Shown here: one piece after another, positions 37,289 to 49,869 of the stretch
Layout of the letters: the number at the start of each line of letters is the position of its first letter
How positions within the stretch are numbered: position 1 is the first letter of the stretch
Assembly (NCBI GenBank): GCA_032128115.1
Contig: JAQBHB010000041.1
Location: 164,851-228,850 of the forward strand
Source: Deltaproteobacteria bacterium
Lineage (GTDB): Bacteria > Myxococcota_A > UBA9160 > SMWR01
Reading direction: 5' to 3'
Length of the DNA: 64,000 nt
Program-made: the position numbers and the translations under genes
Notes under the pieces: generated by a model
Told to the model about the DNA's origin: nothing
Database searches by the model: none
What the model saw: only the letters and a program-made list of their open reading frames with translations

Positions 37289-39414
37289 ATGGAGGTTCGC
37301 AACCGCGTGCGCGTCTGGCCGGGAAGCCCGTACCCCCTCGGCGCCGTCTGGGACGGTCAGGGCGTGAACTTCGCGCTCTTCTCCGAGCACGCGACCGCGG
37401 TCAGGCTGTGCCTGTTCGACAGCGCCGGCGATACCCAGGCCAGCGCCGAGATCCCCCTCGCCGAGCGCACCAGCTGGGTGTGGCACGCCTACCTGCCCGA
37501 CGTGCGCCCGCCCCAGCTCTATGCCTACCGGGTGGACGGGCCCTTCGAGCCCCAGCGGGGCCACCGCTTCAATCCGGCCAAGCTGCTCGTCGACCCCTAC
37601 GCGCGCGCCATCGCGGGGCCGCTGCGCTGGGACGACGCGCTGCTCGACCGCCGGATGGAGCCCTCCGGCGGGTCCCAGGTCGAAGATCGCGACAGCGCGC
37701 CGTTCGTTCCGAAATCGGTGATCGTGGACCCCTCGTTTCCGTGGAACGATGACCGGCCGCCGCGCACGCCGTGGAGCCGCACGGTGATCTACGAGTGTCA
37801 CGTCAAGGGCATGACGGCGCGCCACCCCGACCTGCCCGCGGCACAGCGCGGCACCTACCTGGGACTCGCTTCCGAGTCCGTGATCGAACACCTCGTCTCG
37901 CTTGGCGTCACCGCCGTGGAGCTGCTCCCCGTCCACCACTGCGTGTCGGAGCACGCCCTCGTGGAGCGCGGCCTCGTCAACTACTGGGGATACAACACCC
38001 TCGGATTCTTCGCGCCCGACTCGCGCTTCGCCCACGGCTGCCGCGGCGAGCAGGTGAGCGAGTTCAAGACCATGGTGCGGGCACTGCACCGCGCCGGAAT
38101 CGAGGTGCTTCTCGACGTGGTGTACAACCACACCGCCGAGGGCGACCACAGGGGCCCCACGCTCTCCATGCGCGGCATCGACAACGCGTCGTACTACCAC
38201 CTGGATGAACGCGATCCGCACCACTACGTCGACCACACGGGCTGCGGCAACACCCTCAACACCCGACATCCGCGCGTTCTTCAGCTTCTGATGGACAGCC
38301 TGCGCTATTGGGTGGAGGAGATGCACGTCGACGGTTTCCGCTTCGATCTGGCGCCCGCTCTCGCCCGCGAACTCCACGGCGTGAACCGCCTCGAGCGTTT
38401 CTTCTCCACGATCCAGCAGGACCCGGTGCTGGCTCCCGTGAAGCTCATCGCCGAGCCCTGGGACCTGGGCCCCGGCGGCTACCAGGCGGGAAACTTCCCC
38501 AGCGGCTGGGCCGAGTGGAACGGTCCGTACCGCGACGCCGTGCGGCGCTTCTGGCGCGGCGACGCCGGGCAGTTGGGCGTGCTCGCCTCGCGCATCACCG
38601 GCAGCGCCGACATGTTCGAAGCGCGCGACCGCAACCCCTTCGCCAGCGTGAACTTCGTGACGGCCCACGACGGATTCACGCTGGCCGACCTGGTGAGCTA
38701 CGAGCACAAGCACAACCAGGCGAACCAGGAGGAGAACCGCGACGGCACCGACGCCAATTGGAGCTGCAACTGGGGCGTGGAAGGGGAGGCCGCCTCGGAA
38801 GCCGTGCGGCACCTGCGCGACCGCGCCGCCCGCAATCTGCTGGCCACCCTGGCACTGTCCCAGGGCGTGCCCATGCTCTCCCACGGCGACGAGATCGGCC
38901 GCACCCAGCGTGGCAACAACAACGCCTACTGCCACGACGATGAGATCACCTGGGTGGACTGGAAACTCGACGCCCGCCGGCGGGCCCTGCTCGACTTCAC
39001 CCGGCGGGTGTTCGCGCTGCGCGATCAGAGCCCCATCCTGCGGCGCCGGAACTTCTTCTCGGGAAGCGCCGCGCCCGGTGAGGGCGCGAAGGACGTGGTC
39101 TGGCTGGTGCCGGACGGCTCCGAGTTGAAACCCGAAGACTGGCACGATCCGGAGCGCCGCGTGCTCGGCATGCTGGCGCCGGGCGAGGCCAACTCCGAAG
39201 TCGACGAGCGCGGTCGGCCGATCGAGGGCCCTACGCTCCTGATCCTGTTCAACGCGGGCAGTCGGCCCTGCCTCTTCCGCCTGCCGACGCCGGCGCCGGC
39301 CGGGTCGTGGGAGCACACGCTCTCCACGGCCCACGAGGGAACGCGCCGGCTGCGCCGCCCGGTGCTGAGCTTGCGAGCGCACTCGCTCTCGGTTCTCACC
39401 TGGCGGGCGCCTTC

Positions 39415-39418
<4 letters not shown>
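37289..39418 (+). CDS. glgX: Glycogen debranching enzyme
   Basis: PGSPYPLGA..DGQGVNFALFS, NYWGYN, DVVYNHTAEG, DGFRFDLA, IAEPWD, TAHDGFTL, QRGNNNAYC. Confidence 0.93.
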
Positions 39419-41602
<2,184 letters not shown>

Positions 41603-41610
<8 letters not shown>

Positions 41611-43510
41611 AGCCCGGCCCCTGCTGCAACAGCTGGCCCGGCATCTCGGCATCGAGGACGGCTACCGCTCGGCGCTCGACGGCGCCGTCGTCCCCACGTC
41701 CGACGCCACCCGCGAGGCGCTGGTCGCCGCGATGGGCTTCGACGCCAGCAGCGAGGCCGGCGCCGCCGCGTCCCTGTCGGCGCTCGCCGACGAGCCGGCG
41801 GGGAAGGCCGGTGGGGAAACCGACGTTCGTTGCGTGGATGCGGACGAGAAGCTCGGCGCGCGGGGCGTGTTCGGTCTGTGGATCAACCTCTACTCGGTGC
41901 GCTCGGGCCGCAACCTGGGCTTCGGAAACCTGGGCGACCTCGGCGAGCTGGTGAAGCACGCCGCGCGAGCGGGAGCAGCCTTCGTGGGCGTGAACCCGCT
42001 GCACGCCACCCGCCACGGCGCGGGCCTCTTCTGTCCCTACGCTCCCGTGACCCGCCTGTTCCGGGACCCGCTGTACCTCGACCCGGAGCGGATCCCCGAG
42101 CTGGCCGATTGCCCGGAAGCGCAGCGCCGCCTGGCGTCGCCGGCCGCACGCGGGCGAGCCGACGCGCTGCGCGCAGCGGCGAACCTCGACCCGGGCGCCA
42201 GCGAGGCGCTCCTCGGCGAACTCCTGCGACCCCTCCACGTGCGCTTCCGGGAGCGCACGGGCCCGTCCGGCGACGGCCGGCGCGCGGCCTGCGCCAGCTA
42301 TCGCGCCGCCCAGGGCGAGCCCCTCGCGCGCTTCGCCAGCTTCCAGGCCCTGGCCGATCACTTCGAGTCCGAGGGCGGGAGCCGCGACTGGCACAGCTGG
42401 CCGGCGGAGTATCGCGACGCGGACGGTCCAGCGGTGCGGGCGTTTCGCGCGGGCCGCGAGGGCGAGATCGACCGGCACGCCTGGGTGCAGTTCGAACTCG
42501 ACCGCCAGCTCGGCGACCTGGCGCGCGCGTCCCAGGAGGCGGGCCTCGCCATCGGCCTCTACACCGATCTCGCCCTGGGCAGCGCCGCGGGCGGCTTCGA
42601 CACCTGGAGTTGGCCCGGCCTGTTTGCCCGCGGTGCGACCCTGGGCGCGCCCCCCGACGACTTCGCCCGCGCCGGGCAGAACTGGGGCGTCCCCCCGGTG
42701 GATCCGCGGGCCCTGCGCGCCGACGGCTTCCGGCTCTGGGACCGGCTGCTAGATGCCGGCTTCCGCCACGCGGGCGCCCTGCGCATCGACCACGCCCTCG
42801 GATTGCGGCGCCTCTTCTGGATCCCGGAGGGCGCGTCGGCGCGGGACGGCGCCTACGTTCGCTATCCCGAGGCCGAGCTGCTGGCGCATCTGGCCCGGGC
42901 GAGCCGCCGCCACGGCGCACTCGTCATCGCAGAGGACCTGGGCACGGTGCCGCCGGGCTTCTCCCAGGAGATCCAGGCCCGGGGAATGCTCTCGTCTCGG
43001 GTGCTGCTCTTCGAGCGCGACGACGAGGGCTTCCGGCCCGCGGGCGCCTACCCGCGCGCCTGCCTGGCCACCGCGAACAGCCACGATCTGCCGCCCCTGG
43101 CCGCGCTGGCCAGCGATCGAGACCTGGCGTTGCGCCGGCGCAGCGGACAGATCCCCGACGACGCGGCACTCGAAGCGCTGCGGGCTGCGCGGCGCCGCGA
43201 CCGCTGCGCGCTGCGCGCGCGGCTGGTGGGCGACGGCTGGCTCGACGCGGGCGAGACGGCGCCCGAACCCGGGCCGGAAGCCTGGGCCGAGGCAGTGACG
43301 GGCTTCCTCTGCGCCACGCCGGCTGCGCTCGTCGGGATCTCGCTCGACGACCTGGCCGGCGAAGAGGAGCCCATCAACCTGCCGGGAGTGGCAGCGGAGC
43401 AGCACCCGAGCTGGACCCGGCGGATGCGCCTGCCCCTGGAGTCGCTCTTCGAGCAGCCGCTCGCCCGGCGAATCCTCGACGCGGTGCCCAGCTCGCGGCG
43501 CCTCCCCTAA
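41603..43510 (+). CDS. malQ: 4-alpha-glucanotransferase (GH77)
   Basis: GAPPDDFARAGQNWG, LRIDHALG, IAEDLGTVP, NSHDLP, INLPG. Confidence 0.9.
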
Positions 43511-43519
43511 GATCCCGCC

Positions 43520-45343
43520 ATGGTCAAGCGATCCCCCACGAACGCCCATCCGCCCCACGCCAACACGGTGCTCTTCGAGGTTTCGTGGGAGGTGTGTCAC
43601 CAGGTGGGCGGCATCTACCAGGTGCTGCGCTCCAAGGCCCGGGCCATGTGCGATCGCTGGAGCGACAACTACATCGTGGTGGGTCCGCTCGTGCCCGAGA
43701 CGATGGAGCTCGAACTCGTGCGCCAGCCCGCCGACGATTGGCTGGCCGACGTCATTCGCGCGCTGGAGGGCGAGGGCATCGCGGCCGTGCACGGGCGCTG
43801 GCTCGTGGGCGGGCGACCGCGGGCACTGCTGGTGGATCACCGCCTTCCCGCGGACCGCATCGAGGTACTGCGACACCGCATGCATCGCGATCACGGCATT
43901 CCGCCGGCGCGGGGCAGCGAGTTGATCGACGGCGTCCTCGGCTTCGGGGAGGCGGTGCGCGTGCTGCTCGATACGGCGGTGAAGCTCGCCGGGTCACGCC
44001 GCCTGATCGCCCACTTCCACGAGTGGCTCGGCGCCGCCGCGCTTCCGCCGCTGCGCCAGGGCGGTGCGCCCCTGGCCACGGCCTTCACCACCCATGCCAC
44101 GTCGGTGGGCCGCTACGTGGCGTCCAGGGGCGACGACCTCTACGAGAAGCTCCCGGACCTCGACGCCGAGCGGGAATCCATCGGCTTCGGCATCGATACG
44201 CAACACCAGATCGAGGTCGCCTGCGCCCGGGACTGCGACGTCTTCACCACCGTATCGCCGATCACGGGCGAGGAGTGTGAGCACCTGCTCGGCCGGAGTC
44301 CCGACCTGGTGACGCCCAACGGTCTCGACCTGGATTGTTTCGACCTGGGGCACGACTTCCAGACCCACCACGCCCAGCACAAGGACCAGATCCACCGCTT
44401 CGTAATGGGTCATTTCTTCCCGAGCTATGCATTCGATCTGGATCGCACACTCTACTTCTTCAACGCCGGTCGCTTCGAACCCCACAACAAGGGCTTCGAT
44501 CTGTGCCTGGAGGCGATGGCACGGGTGAACGCCGAGCTGCGCGCCTCGGGATCCGACCTGACGGTGGTCTTCTTCATCGTCACCGCTCGTGCGACGCGTT
44601 CGATCGAGCCCCGCGCGCTTCACGCCCGGGGCGTGCTCGACGACCTGGACGAGGTGTCCCAGGCGATCGGGCGCGAGGTGGGAGAGCGCCTCTTCCGCAC
44701 GAGCGCCGCCGGCGCAACGCCGCACCTGGACGATCTGGTGGACGACTACTGGCGGCTCCGGCACAAGCGGCTGCAGCACGCCTTCGCTTCCCGCTTTGCG
44801 CCCCTCACCTGCACCCACGTGCTCGACGATCCCGAAACCGATCCGATCCTGGGCCACCTGAAGCACCTGGGACTCGCCAACGCGCGACAGGATCGCGTGA
44901 AGGTCGTCTACCACCCGGACTTCATCAGCCCGGTGAACCCGCTCTGGGGACTCGACTACGAGCAGTTCGTGCGCGGCTGCCACCTGGGCGTCTTCCCCAG
45001 CTGCTACGAGCCCTGGGGCTACACGCCCCTCGAGTGTCTGGCCATGGGCGTGCCCGCGATCACCAGCGACCTGGCCGGATTCGGGCGCTACGCGGCCGGG
45101 GCCTTTCCGGACCACGACGACTGGGGGCTCCAGGTGCTGCCGCGGCGGGATCGGCGCTACCACGACGCGGCCGCCGACCTGGCCGAGCGGATCCTGGCGT
45201 TCTGCCAGCTCGATCGGGGGGGACGGGTGGCGGTGCGCAACCGGGTGGAGGCCCACTCCCACGCCTTCGATTGGTCGCGTCTGGCCGTCGCCTACCACGA
45301 GGCGCACGACCGGGCCCTGCGCGCCCGATTCGGAGGCGACTAG
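43520..45343 (+). CDS. Glycogen synthase, GT3 (fungal/animal-type) family
   Basis: LFEVSWEVCHQVGGIYQVL, AHFHEWL, FTTHAT, FTTVSPIT, TPNG, AGRFE..NKG, DRVKVVYHPDF, VRGCHLGVFPSCYEPWGYTPLEC. Confidence 0.88.
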   Translation: MVKRSPTNAHPPHANTVLFEVSWEVCHQVGGIYQVLRSKARAMCDRWSDNYIVVGPLVPETMELELVRQPADDWLADVIRALEGEGIAAVHGRWLVGGRPRALLVDHRLPADRIEVLRHRMHRDHGIPPARGSELIDGVLGFGEAVRVLLDTAVKLAGSRRLIAHFHEWLGAAALPPLRQGGAPLATAFTTHATSVGRYVASRGDDLYEKLPDLDAERESIGFGIDTQHQIEVACARDCDVFTTVSPITGEECEHLLGRSPDLVTPNGLDLDCFDLGHDFQTHHAQHKDQIHRFVMGHFFPSYAFDLDRTLYFFNAGRFEPHNKGFDLCLEAMARVNAELRASGSDLTVVFFIVTARATRSIEPRALHARGVLDDLDEVSQAIGREVGERLFRTSAAGATPHLDDLVDDYWRLRHKRLQHAFASRFAPLTCTHVLDDPETDPILGHLKHLGLANARQDRVKVVYHPDFISPVNPLWGLDYEQFVRGCHLGVFPSCYEPWGYTPLECLAMGVPAITSDLAGFGRYAAGAFPDHDDWGLQVLPRRDRRYHDAAADLAERILAFCQLDRGGRVAVRNRVEAHSHAFDWSRLAVAYHEAHDRALRARFGGD

Positions 45344-45352
45344 CCCGGTCCC

Positions 45353-47101
45353 ATGCCGACAGGTCCGCGAATCGCCTACTTCTCCATGGAAGTCGCGCTC
45401 GAGTCACCGATTCCCACCTATTCCGGCGGACTCGGCGTTCTCGCGGGCGACACGCTGCGCTCGGCGGCCGACCTGGGACTGCAGCTGGTGGCCGTGACCC
45501 TGGTGCACCGGCGCGGAACCTTCCGGCAGCACCTGGATGCGAACGGGCGCCAGACCGAGGCGCCCGAGGTGTGGGAGCCCCGGGAACGGCTCGAACTCCT
45601 CGAACCGCGTGTGCGCGTGGAGATCGAGCGCCGCGACGTCGAACTCTGCGCATGGCGCTACCGCGTTCGCGGCGTCCACGGCCACGAGGTCCCGGTGTAC
45701 CTGCTCGACGCGAACCTCCCGGACAATCGCCCGGGCGACCGGGCACTCACCGATTCGCTCTACGGCGGCGACGAACGCTACCGACTGTCCCAGGAAGTGG
45801 TGCTCGGCGTCGGCGGCGTGCGGATGCTGCGCGCGCTCGGCCATCGCGACGTCGATCGCTTCCACCTGAACGAAGGACACGCCGCTCTCGCGGTGCTGGC
45901 CCTGGTGGAGGAGGAGCTCGCGGGCTGCGACCCGGGAGACGCTCGCGAGCTCGAACAGGCCATCGGCGCCGTGCGCAGCCGCTGCGTGTTCACCACCCAC
46001 ACGCCGGTGTCCGCCGGGCACGATCGGTTCTCCGCCGAGGCCGCGGCGCGCGTTCTCAGCCGTGCGAGGATGCGCCAGGTCGAGGCGATCCTGGGGCCCG
46101 CGGATCTCAACCTGACCGACCTGGCCCTGCGAAGCGCGAGTTTCGTGAACGGAGTGGCCATGCGCCACGGCGAAGTCTGCCGGAAGATGTTCCCCGACGT
46201 ACCCATCCGCTCCGTCACGAACGGAGTGCACCCGCCCACCTGGGCCGCGCCCGCCTTCCAGTCGCTCTTCGACCGCCACATCGAGCACTGGCGCGAGGAT
46301 CCCATGTCGCTGCGCGAGGCGGTGTCGATCCCGTGCCAGGAGATCTGGCGGGCCCACGAAGACGCCAAGCGGGAGCTGATCGAAACCGTGAACCGGGAGG
46401 CGCCGGTACGCTTCGAACTCGACGCGTTCACGATCGGCTTCGCCCGCCGCGCCACCGCCTACAAGCGCTCGTCGCTGGTGTTTGCCGACCCGGCCCGTCT
46501 CGAGGCCCTGGCGTCGTCGGGGCGCCCCCTCCAGTTCGTGTTCGCCGGAAAGGCGCACCCCCACGACGAGGAGGGGAAGGGCCTGATCCAGGCCATCTTC
46601 GCAGCCGCGGCGCAGCTTCGCGGCCGCGTCTCGGTCGCCTACCTCCAGGGCTACGACATGGCGCTCGGCCGAACGCTGTGCGCCGGCTGCGACGTCTGGC
46701 TCAACACACCGATCGCACCCCTGGAAGCGTCGGGCACCAGCGGCATGAAGGCCGCGCTGAACGGTGTGCCGAGCCTCAGCATCGTCGACGGCTGGTGGGT
46801 GGAGGGATGGGTCGAGGGTGTCACCGGCTGGGCGGTGGGAGGGGATGGAGATCCCGCCGATCTGCCGCCGGCCCAGCGCGACCAGCGCGACGCCCAGGCG
46901 CTCTACGAAAAGCTCGAGTCGACCGTATTGCCCTGCTACTACGACGATCCCACCCGCTTCCGCCAGATCATGCGAAACGCCATCGCGCTGAACGCCTCCT
47001 TCTTCAACACCCACCGCATGCTGCTCCAATACCTCTACGACGCCTACCGCGACGCACCCCAAGCGGAGGCGCTCGATGACGCATACCGGGTGGATTCCTG
47101 A
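45353..47101 (+). CDS. glgP: Alpha-glucan phosphorylase (short bacterial type)
   Basis: AYFSME, YSGGLGVLAGD, HLNEGH, FTTHTP, ARRATAYKR, PLP site EASGTSGMKAALNG. Confidence 0.92.
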   Translation: MPTGPRIAYFSMEVALESPIPTYSGGLGVLAGDTLRSAADLGLQLVAVTLVHRRGTFRQHLDANGRQTEAPEVWEPRERLELLEPRVRVEIERRDVELCAWRYRVRGVHGHEVPVYLLDANLPDNRPGDRALTDSLYGGDERYRLSQEVVLGVGGVRMLRALGHRDVDRFHLNEGHAALAVLALVEEELAGCDPGDARELEQAIGAVRSRCVFTTHTPVSAGHDRFSAEAAARVLSRARMRQVEAILGPADLNLTDLALRSASFVNGVAMRHGEVCRKMFPDVPIRSVTNGVHPPTWAAPAFQSLFDRHIEHWREDPMSLREAVSIPCQEIWRAHEDAKRELIETVNREAPVRFELDAFTIGFARRATAYKRSSLVFADPARLEALASSGRPLQFVFAGKAHPHDEEGKGLIQAIFAAAAQLRGRVSVAYLQGYDMALGRTLCAGCDVWLNTPIAPLEASGTSGMKAALNGVPSLSIVDGWWVEGWVEGVTGWAVGGDGDPADLPPAQRDQRDAQALYEKLESTVLPCYYDDPTRFRQIMRNAIALNASFFNTHRMLLQYLYDAYRDAPQAEALDDAYRVDS

Positions 47102-47242
47102 GAGCATCGGCCTGCGGCAAGCCCGAAGAACCGCCGTGCCAATGCTGATCCAGAACGGACGCCTCAGCGGATCGAAAAGATTCAAGTCCAATGAGCTACT
47201 CCGGCGTCGGCCCAGAAGGTTCGAGGGTTCGGACGCGCCACA

Positions 47243-47758
47243 TCAAAAGGAGCGGGACGATCGTTCCGGCGCGTCGTTCACGTCGTCCCAATACTCGCGC
47301 ATCAGTTCGCGAGTCCAGGATGGCTGGCGAACCTCGCCTCTGGGAAGGAACTCCGACATGATGGGTTTGATGTCCAGGACCGGAGTTCCATTGATCGCGT
47401 CGAGTTCAGCGACATAGAGCCTTCGGCCTTCGCGCCGGACCACTCGACAGATCGTGCTTCCGATCCGATTGGGCCGATTCTTTCCACGCTGAGCGAAGAT
47501 GCCGATCGAGGGCCAATCCAGATTGTTTCTCGGATGCCGAGCGCCGCTTACGATCTTGGAAAGCGGGACCCGATCGAACAGGAAGAGCACTTCGACATGG
47601 GAGAATGAATCGACTCCGTCAAGCGCGTCCTCGTCGTACTCTTCGCCGAGCACCAGGCACGCTTCCGTGCCTCCCCAGAAATCATCAACGGCTTCCTGCC
47701 GATCTGCGACGACATGGCCAATCGGTTCCATTGAAACGGTCGTTTTCGAAGCGGTCAT
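47243..47758 (-). CDS. TrmO/TsaA-like SAM-dependent methyltransferase
   Basis: PIGHV, ALDGVDSFSHV, GIFAQRGKNRPNRIG, LDAINGTPVLDIKP; ATGA overlap with the upstream gene. Confidence 0.8.
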   Translation of the reverse strand: MTASKTTVSMEPIGHVVADRQEAVDDFWGGTEACLVLGEEYDEDALDGVDSFSHVEVLFLFDRVPLSKIVSGARHPRNNLDWPSIGIFAQRGKNRPNRIGSTICRVVRREGRRLYVAELDAINGTPVLDIKPIMSEFLPRGEVRQPSWTRELMREYWDDVNDAPERSSRSF

Positions 47759-48219
47759 GGTCGAATCCCCATTGCCAGTAGTGCGAGCCCGAATGCGAGT
47801 GTCGCGAGGAAGGTGCGTGCCGAGTGCCATGTGGCCCAACGCTCGAGTTCACCGGCCACATCGGCCGCATCGATCAAACGCGTCTCGAAGCGTGTGTTCA
47901 CGGCCTTGAAGTAGAGCGGAAAGGTGGCAAGCACCGCGAGCGTAAGTCCTGTGGCTGCAGCGAAGAACGCGAGGCCTGGTAGATAGCCGAGCCATGCCAG
48001 GGCCGTCGAGCCGATCACCAATACGCCGCTCGCGATCTCGAGAGGACCGAAGAAGCGGAGCAGCAGACCCGCATGCTGTTCATACCAACTGAGGAATTCC
48101 GCAGGTCTCTGAGAACGCCAGAAAGGGACGAGCACGCATGCCTCCGCGAGGAGCGCGCCCGCCGAAAGGCCGAGTGAGGTCACGGCCAGAATGCCGATCG
48201 TGAGTGCGAGAATCTGCAG
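47755..48219 (-). CDS. DUF1772/anthrone-oxygenase-like membrane protein (start ambiguous)
   Basis: Four TMs, GLSAGA, P.N, RWATWHSART. The frame is open from a CTG at 48219 located 7 nt after AAGGAG, or from ATG 48235 with a 1-base indel. Confidence 0.6.
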   Translation of the reverse strand: MQILALTIGILAVTSLGLSAGALLAEACVLVPFWRSQRPAEFLSWYEQHAGLLLRFFGPLEIASGVLVIGSTALAWLGYLPGLAFFAAATGLTLAVLATFPLYFKAVNTRFETRLIDAADVAGELERWATWHSARTFLATLAFGLALLAMGIRP

Positions 48220-48245
48220 GCGGGGTCTCCTTCATTTCATCCGTG

Positions 48246-48279
48246 CGCAAGGTTGGCCGCTCGTGTGGCCAGCCTTGCG
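48246..48279. other. Long intergenic hairpin
   Basis: CGCAAGGTTGGCC...GGCCAGCCTTGCG, 13+ bp with one imperfect pair, between the cupin and DUF1772 genes. Confidence 0.55.
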
Positions 48280-48337
48280 AAAAACCCAGGGCGTTCCCGA
48301 TCGCGGGCGGGGATGCATCAATGAAACATCCGCCTCG

Positions 48338-48742
48338 CTACGAGTCGACCCCGACGACCATCGGCTCTCCCTTGCGCACGACTCGGAATACGACCGCCTT
48401 CGTGCCGCCAGAGCTGGTACTGATGACATGCCATTTTCCGGGTGGTTGGTAGAAGCTGGTTCCCGCCTTGTGGATCACGGGCGGTTGATCCTCGGCAGTG
48501 ACACTCACTTCCCCTTCCAGGACCAGGCCGAACTCGCCCTGGGGATGGAAATGCTTCGGGCTCGTCGCCGCGCCCGATCGGGTCACCATGCCCATGACGA
48601 CTTCGAGCTCTGGCGACTCAGCGATTTCAACGCGATAGAGCTCCTCGAATCCGCCACCCTGCGGCGTCGGCTGCCCGCTGGCTACGATCGCGAGACCCAG
48701 GGTCACGAGCCCGGCCACGCTCACTACTCGCACGAAGTTCAT
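48338..48742 (-). CDS. Secreted cupin domain protein
   Basis: Signal peptide; PKHFHPQGEFGLVLEGE and PPGKWH cupin motifs; GGAGGA RBS. Confidence 0.8.
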   Translation of the reverse strand: MNFVRVVSVAGLVTLGLAIVASGQPTPQGGGFEELYRVEIAESPELEVVMGMVTRSGAATSPKHFHPQGEFGLVLEGEVSVTAEDQPPVIHKAGTSFYQPPGKWHVISTSSGGTKAVVFRVVRKGEPMVVGVDS

Positions 48743-48758
48743 CGCGATCCTCCTTCTT

Positions 48759-48780
48759 TCATTCACAGTCATTCACAGTC
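48759..48780. repeat. Perfect 10-bp tandem direct repeat upstream of the cupin RBS
   Basis: TCATTCACAG TCATTCACAG TC. Confidence 0.7.
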
Positions 48781-48889
48781 GTATGGCGGTTCTCGCAGTA
48801 TGCGCAGAAATCTGATCCTGGGCAATCGAAGTCGAGGTTCACAGGGGTGGTTCAGTCGAGTGTCGCGGCTTGGCTTTCTGGAGTTCAGC

Positions 48890-49249
48890 ATGGGTGATGG
48901 AATCGAATCGGAACGACTCAGTCTCCGGACGCTGAACGCAGACGTTGAACCCTGGTTGACGCGCGTCATCGGGCTCCGAAGCGAGAACCTCGTCGTGGGT
49001 CTGGCCGGATTTCACGGGCCGCCCGGCGGCGAGTGTCTGCGCGAGTTTGCACCCGGCGGACTTGAGTTCGGGTATCGGGTGTACCCCGAATGGAAAAGGC
49101 GAGGGTTTGCCTGCGAAGCGAGTAGAGCGCTGATGGCATGGGCGATGCGTACTGTGGGGACGACGAGCTTCGTGCTCTCGATCAACGCAGACAACGAGGC
49201 GCGCGGCGCAGAGGAGGTCTACCGCTTGAGTGCAGCGTCGGCCAGCTGA
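48890..49249 (+). pseudogene. RimJ/RimL-type GNAT acetyltransferase, apparently internally deleted
   Basis: IESERLSLR, VGLAGFHGPP, EFGYRVYPEWKRRGFACEA, DNEA; only 119 aa and lacks the usual terminal KLGF-type motif. Confidence 0.55.
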
Positions 49250-49256
49250 CTCGAAC

Positions 49257-49585
49257 TCAACGAGTCGAAGCCGGATCCAGATAGAGCATCGCGACGCGCC
49301 GTTCCATCCCGCGCGCCTTCTCGTCTACAAGAATGGCGCTCAACATCGAGTTGGTTTCATCGGGCGATAGGATCTGAAATCCGAGCGACTGATAGAACGC
49401 ACATCGGGGTTTCGACCCGTGGCCTGGGCGATCTCGCGCTGAGCCGTCTCGCACTTCTGCGGGTTGCGACCGAGGAGGACGACCTCGGCGCCGACACGGG
49501 CCAGGGCCTCGGCGACCGCGCGGCCGTGGCCATCGCTGGCACCCGTCACGAGGCAAACACGTCCGGTCATGTCGTGGGTCGTCAT
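49257..49585 (-). pseudogene. Chimeric remnant: SDR N-terminus joined to a GNAT C-terminus
   Basis: MTTHDMTGRVCLVTGASDGHGRAVA (TGxxxGxG) ends near 49400. A different frame continues AFYQSLGFQIL...EKARGMERRVAM. Confidence 0.6.
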
Positions 49586-49618
49586 GGTTTCGGTCCTTGC
49601 GGGGGAAGAGGAAGGGAG

Positions 49619-49642
49619 GCGATCGGGCTCGGGCCCGATCGC
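49619..49642 (-). terminator. Hairpin downstream of the tRNA, possible terminator
   Basis: Perfect 10-bp stem GCGATCGGGC-N4-GCCCGATCGC, followed on the minus strand by a pyrimidine tract (CTCCCTTCCTCTT). Confidence 0.55.
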
Positions 49643-49668
49643 ACGTCTGCTGAACGCTACCGCTGAGG

Positions 49669-49742
49669 TGGGCCCTCCAGGACTCGAACCTGGGACCGTC
49701 CGGTTATGAGCCGGTTGCTCTAACCAACTGAGCTAAGGGCCC
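49669..49742 (-). tRNA. tRNA with CAT anticodon, most likely tRNA-Ile2 (lysidine)
   Basis: GGGCCCTTAGCTCAGTTGGTTAGAGCAACCGGCTCATAACCGGACGGTCCCAGGTTCGAGTCCTGGAGGGCCCA folds as a full cloverleaf. It has a G1-C72 pair, so it is not the initiator. The genomic 3' end reads ACCT, so CCA is not fully encoded. Confidence 0.93.
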
Positions 49743-49869
49743 GTTACCGCAAGCTATCGTAATCGTTCTGGTTTCCCCACCCGCGCGGGGAACAGGTGTC
49801 GGCGCTGCGGGGGGGGGTGGAAACGGGTGATCTGGCGAGCGGGCCGGCACTCGTCTACGAACCTTCCTC

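Noticed and set aside
44335..47079. 914-aa alternative-frame ORF and many similar Arg/Pro/Gly-rich ORFs
   Set aside because: Off-frame overlaps of well-supported genes with the composition typical of GC-rich non-coding frames.
48191..48889. N-terminal part of the 352-aa plus-strand ORF
   Set aside because: Antisense to the cupin gene; only the part from 48890 resembles a GNAT.
47243..49600. Integron or prophage at the tRNA
   Set aside because: No integrase, attC boxes or phage genes were recognised.
49669..49742. Initiator tRNA-fMet
   Set aside because: It has a paired G1-C72 and lacks the three consecutive G-C pairs in the anticodon stem. The sequence resembles Ile2-type tRNAs.
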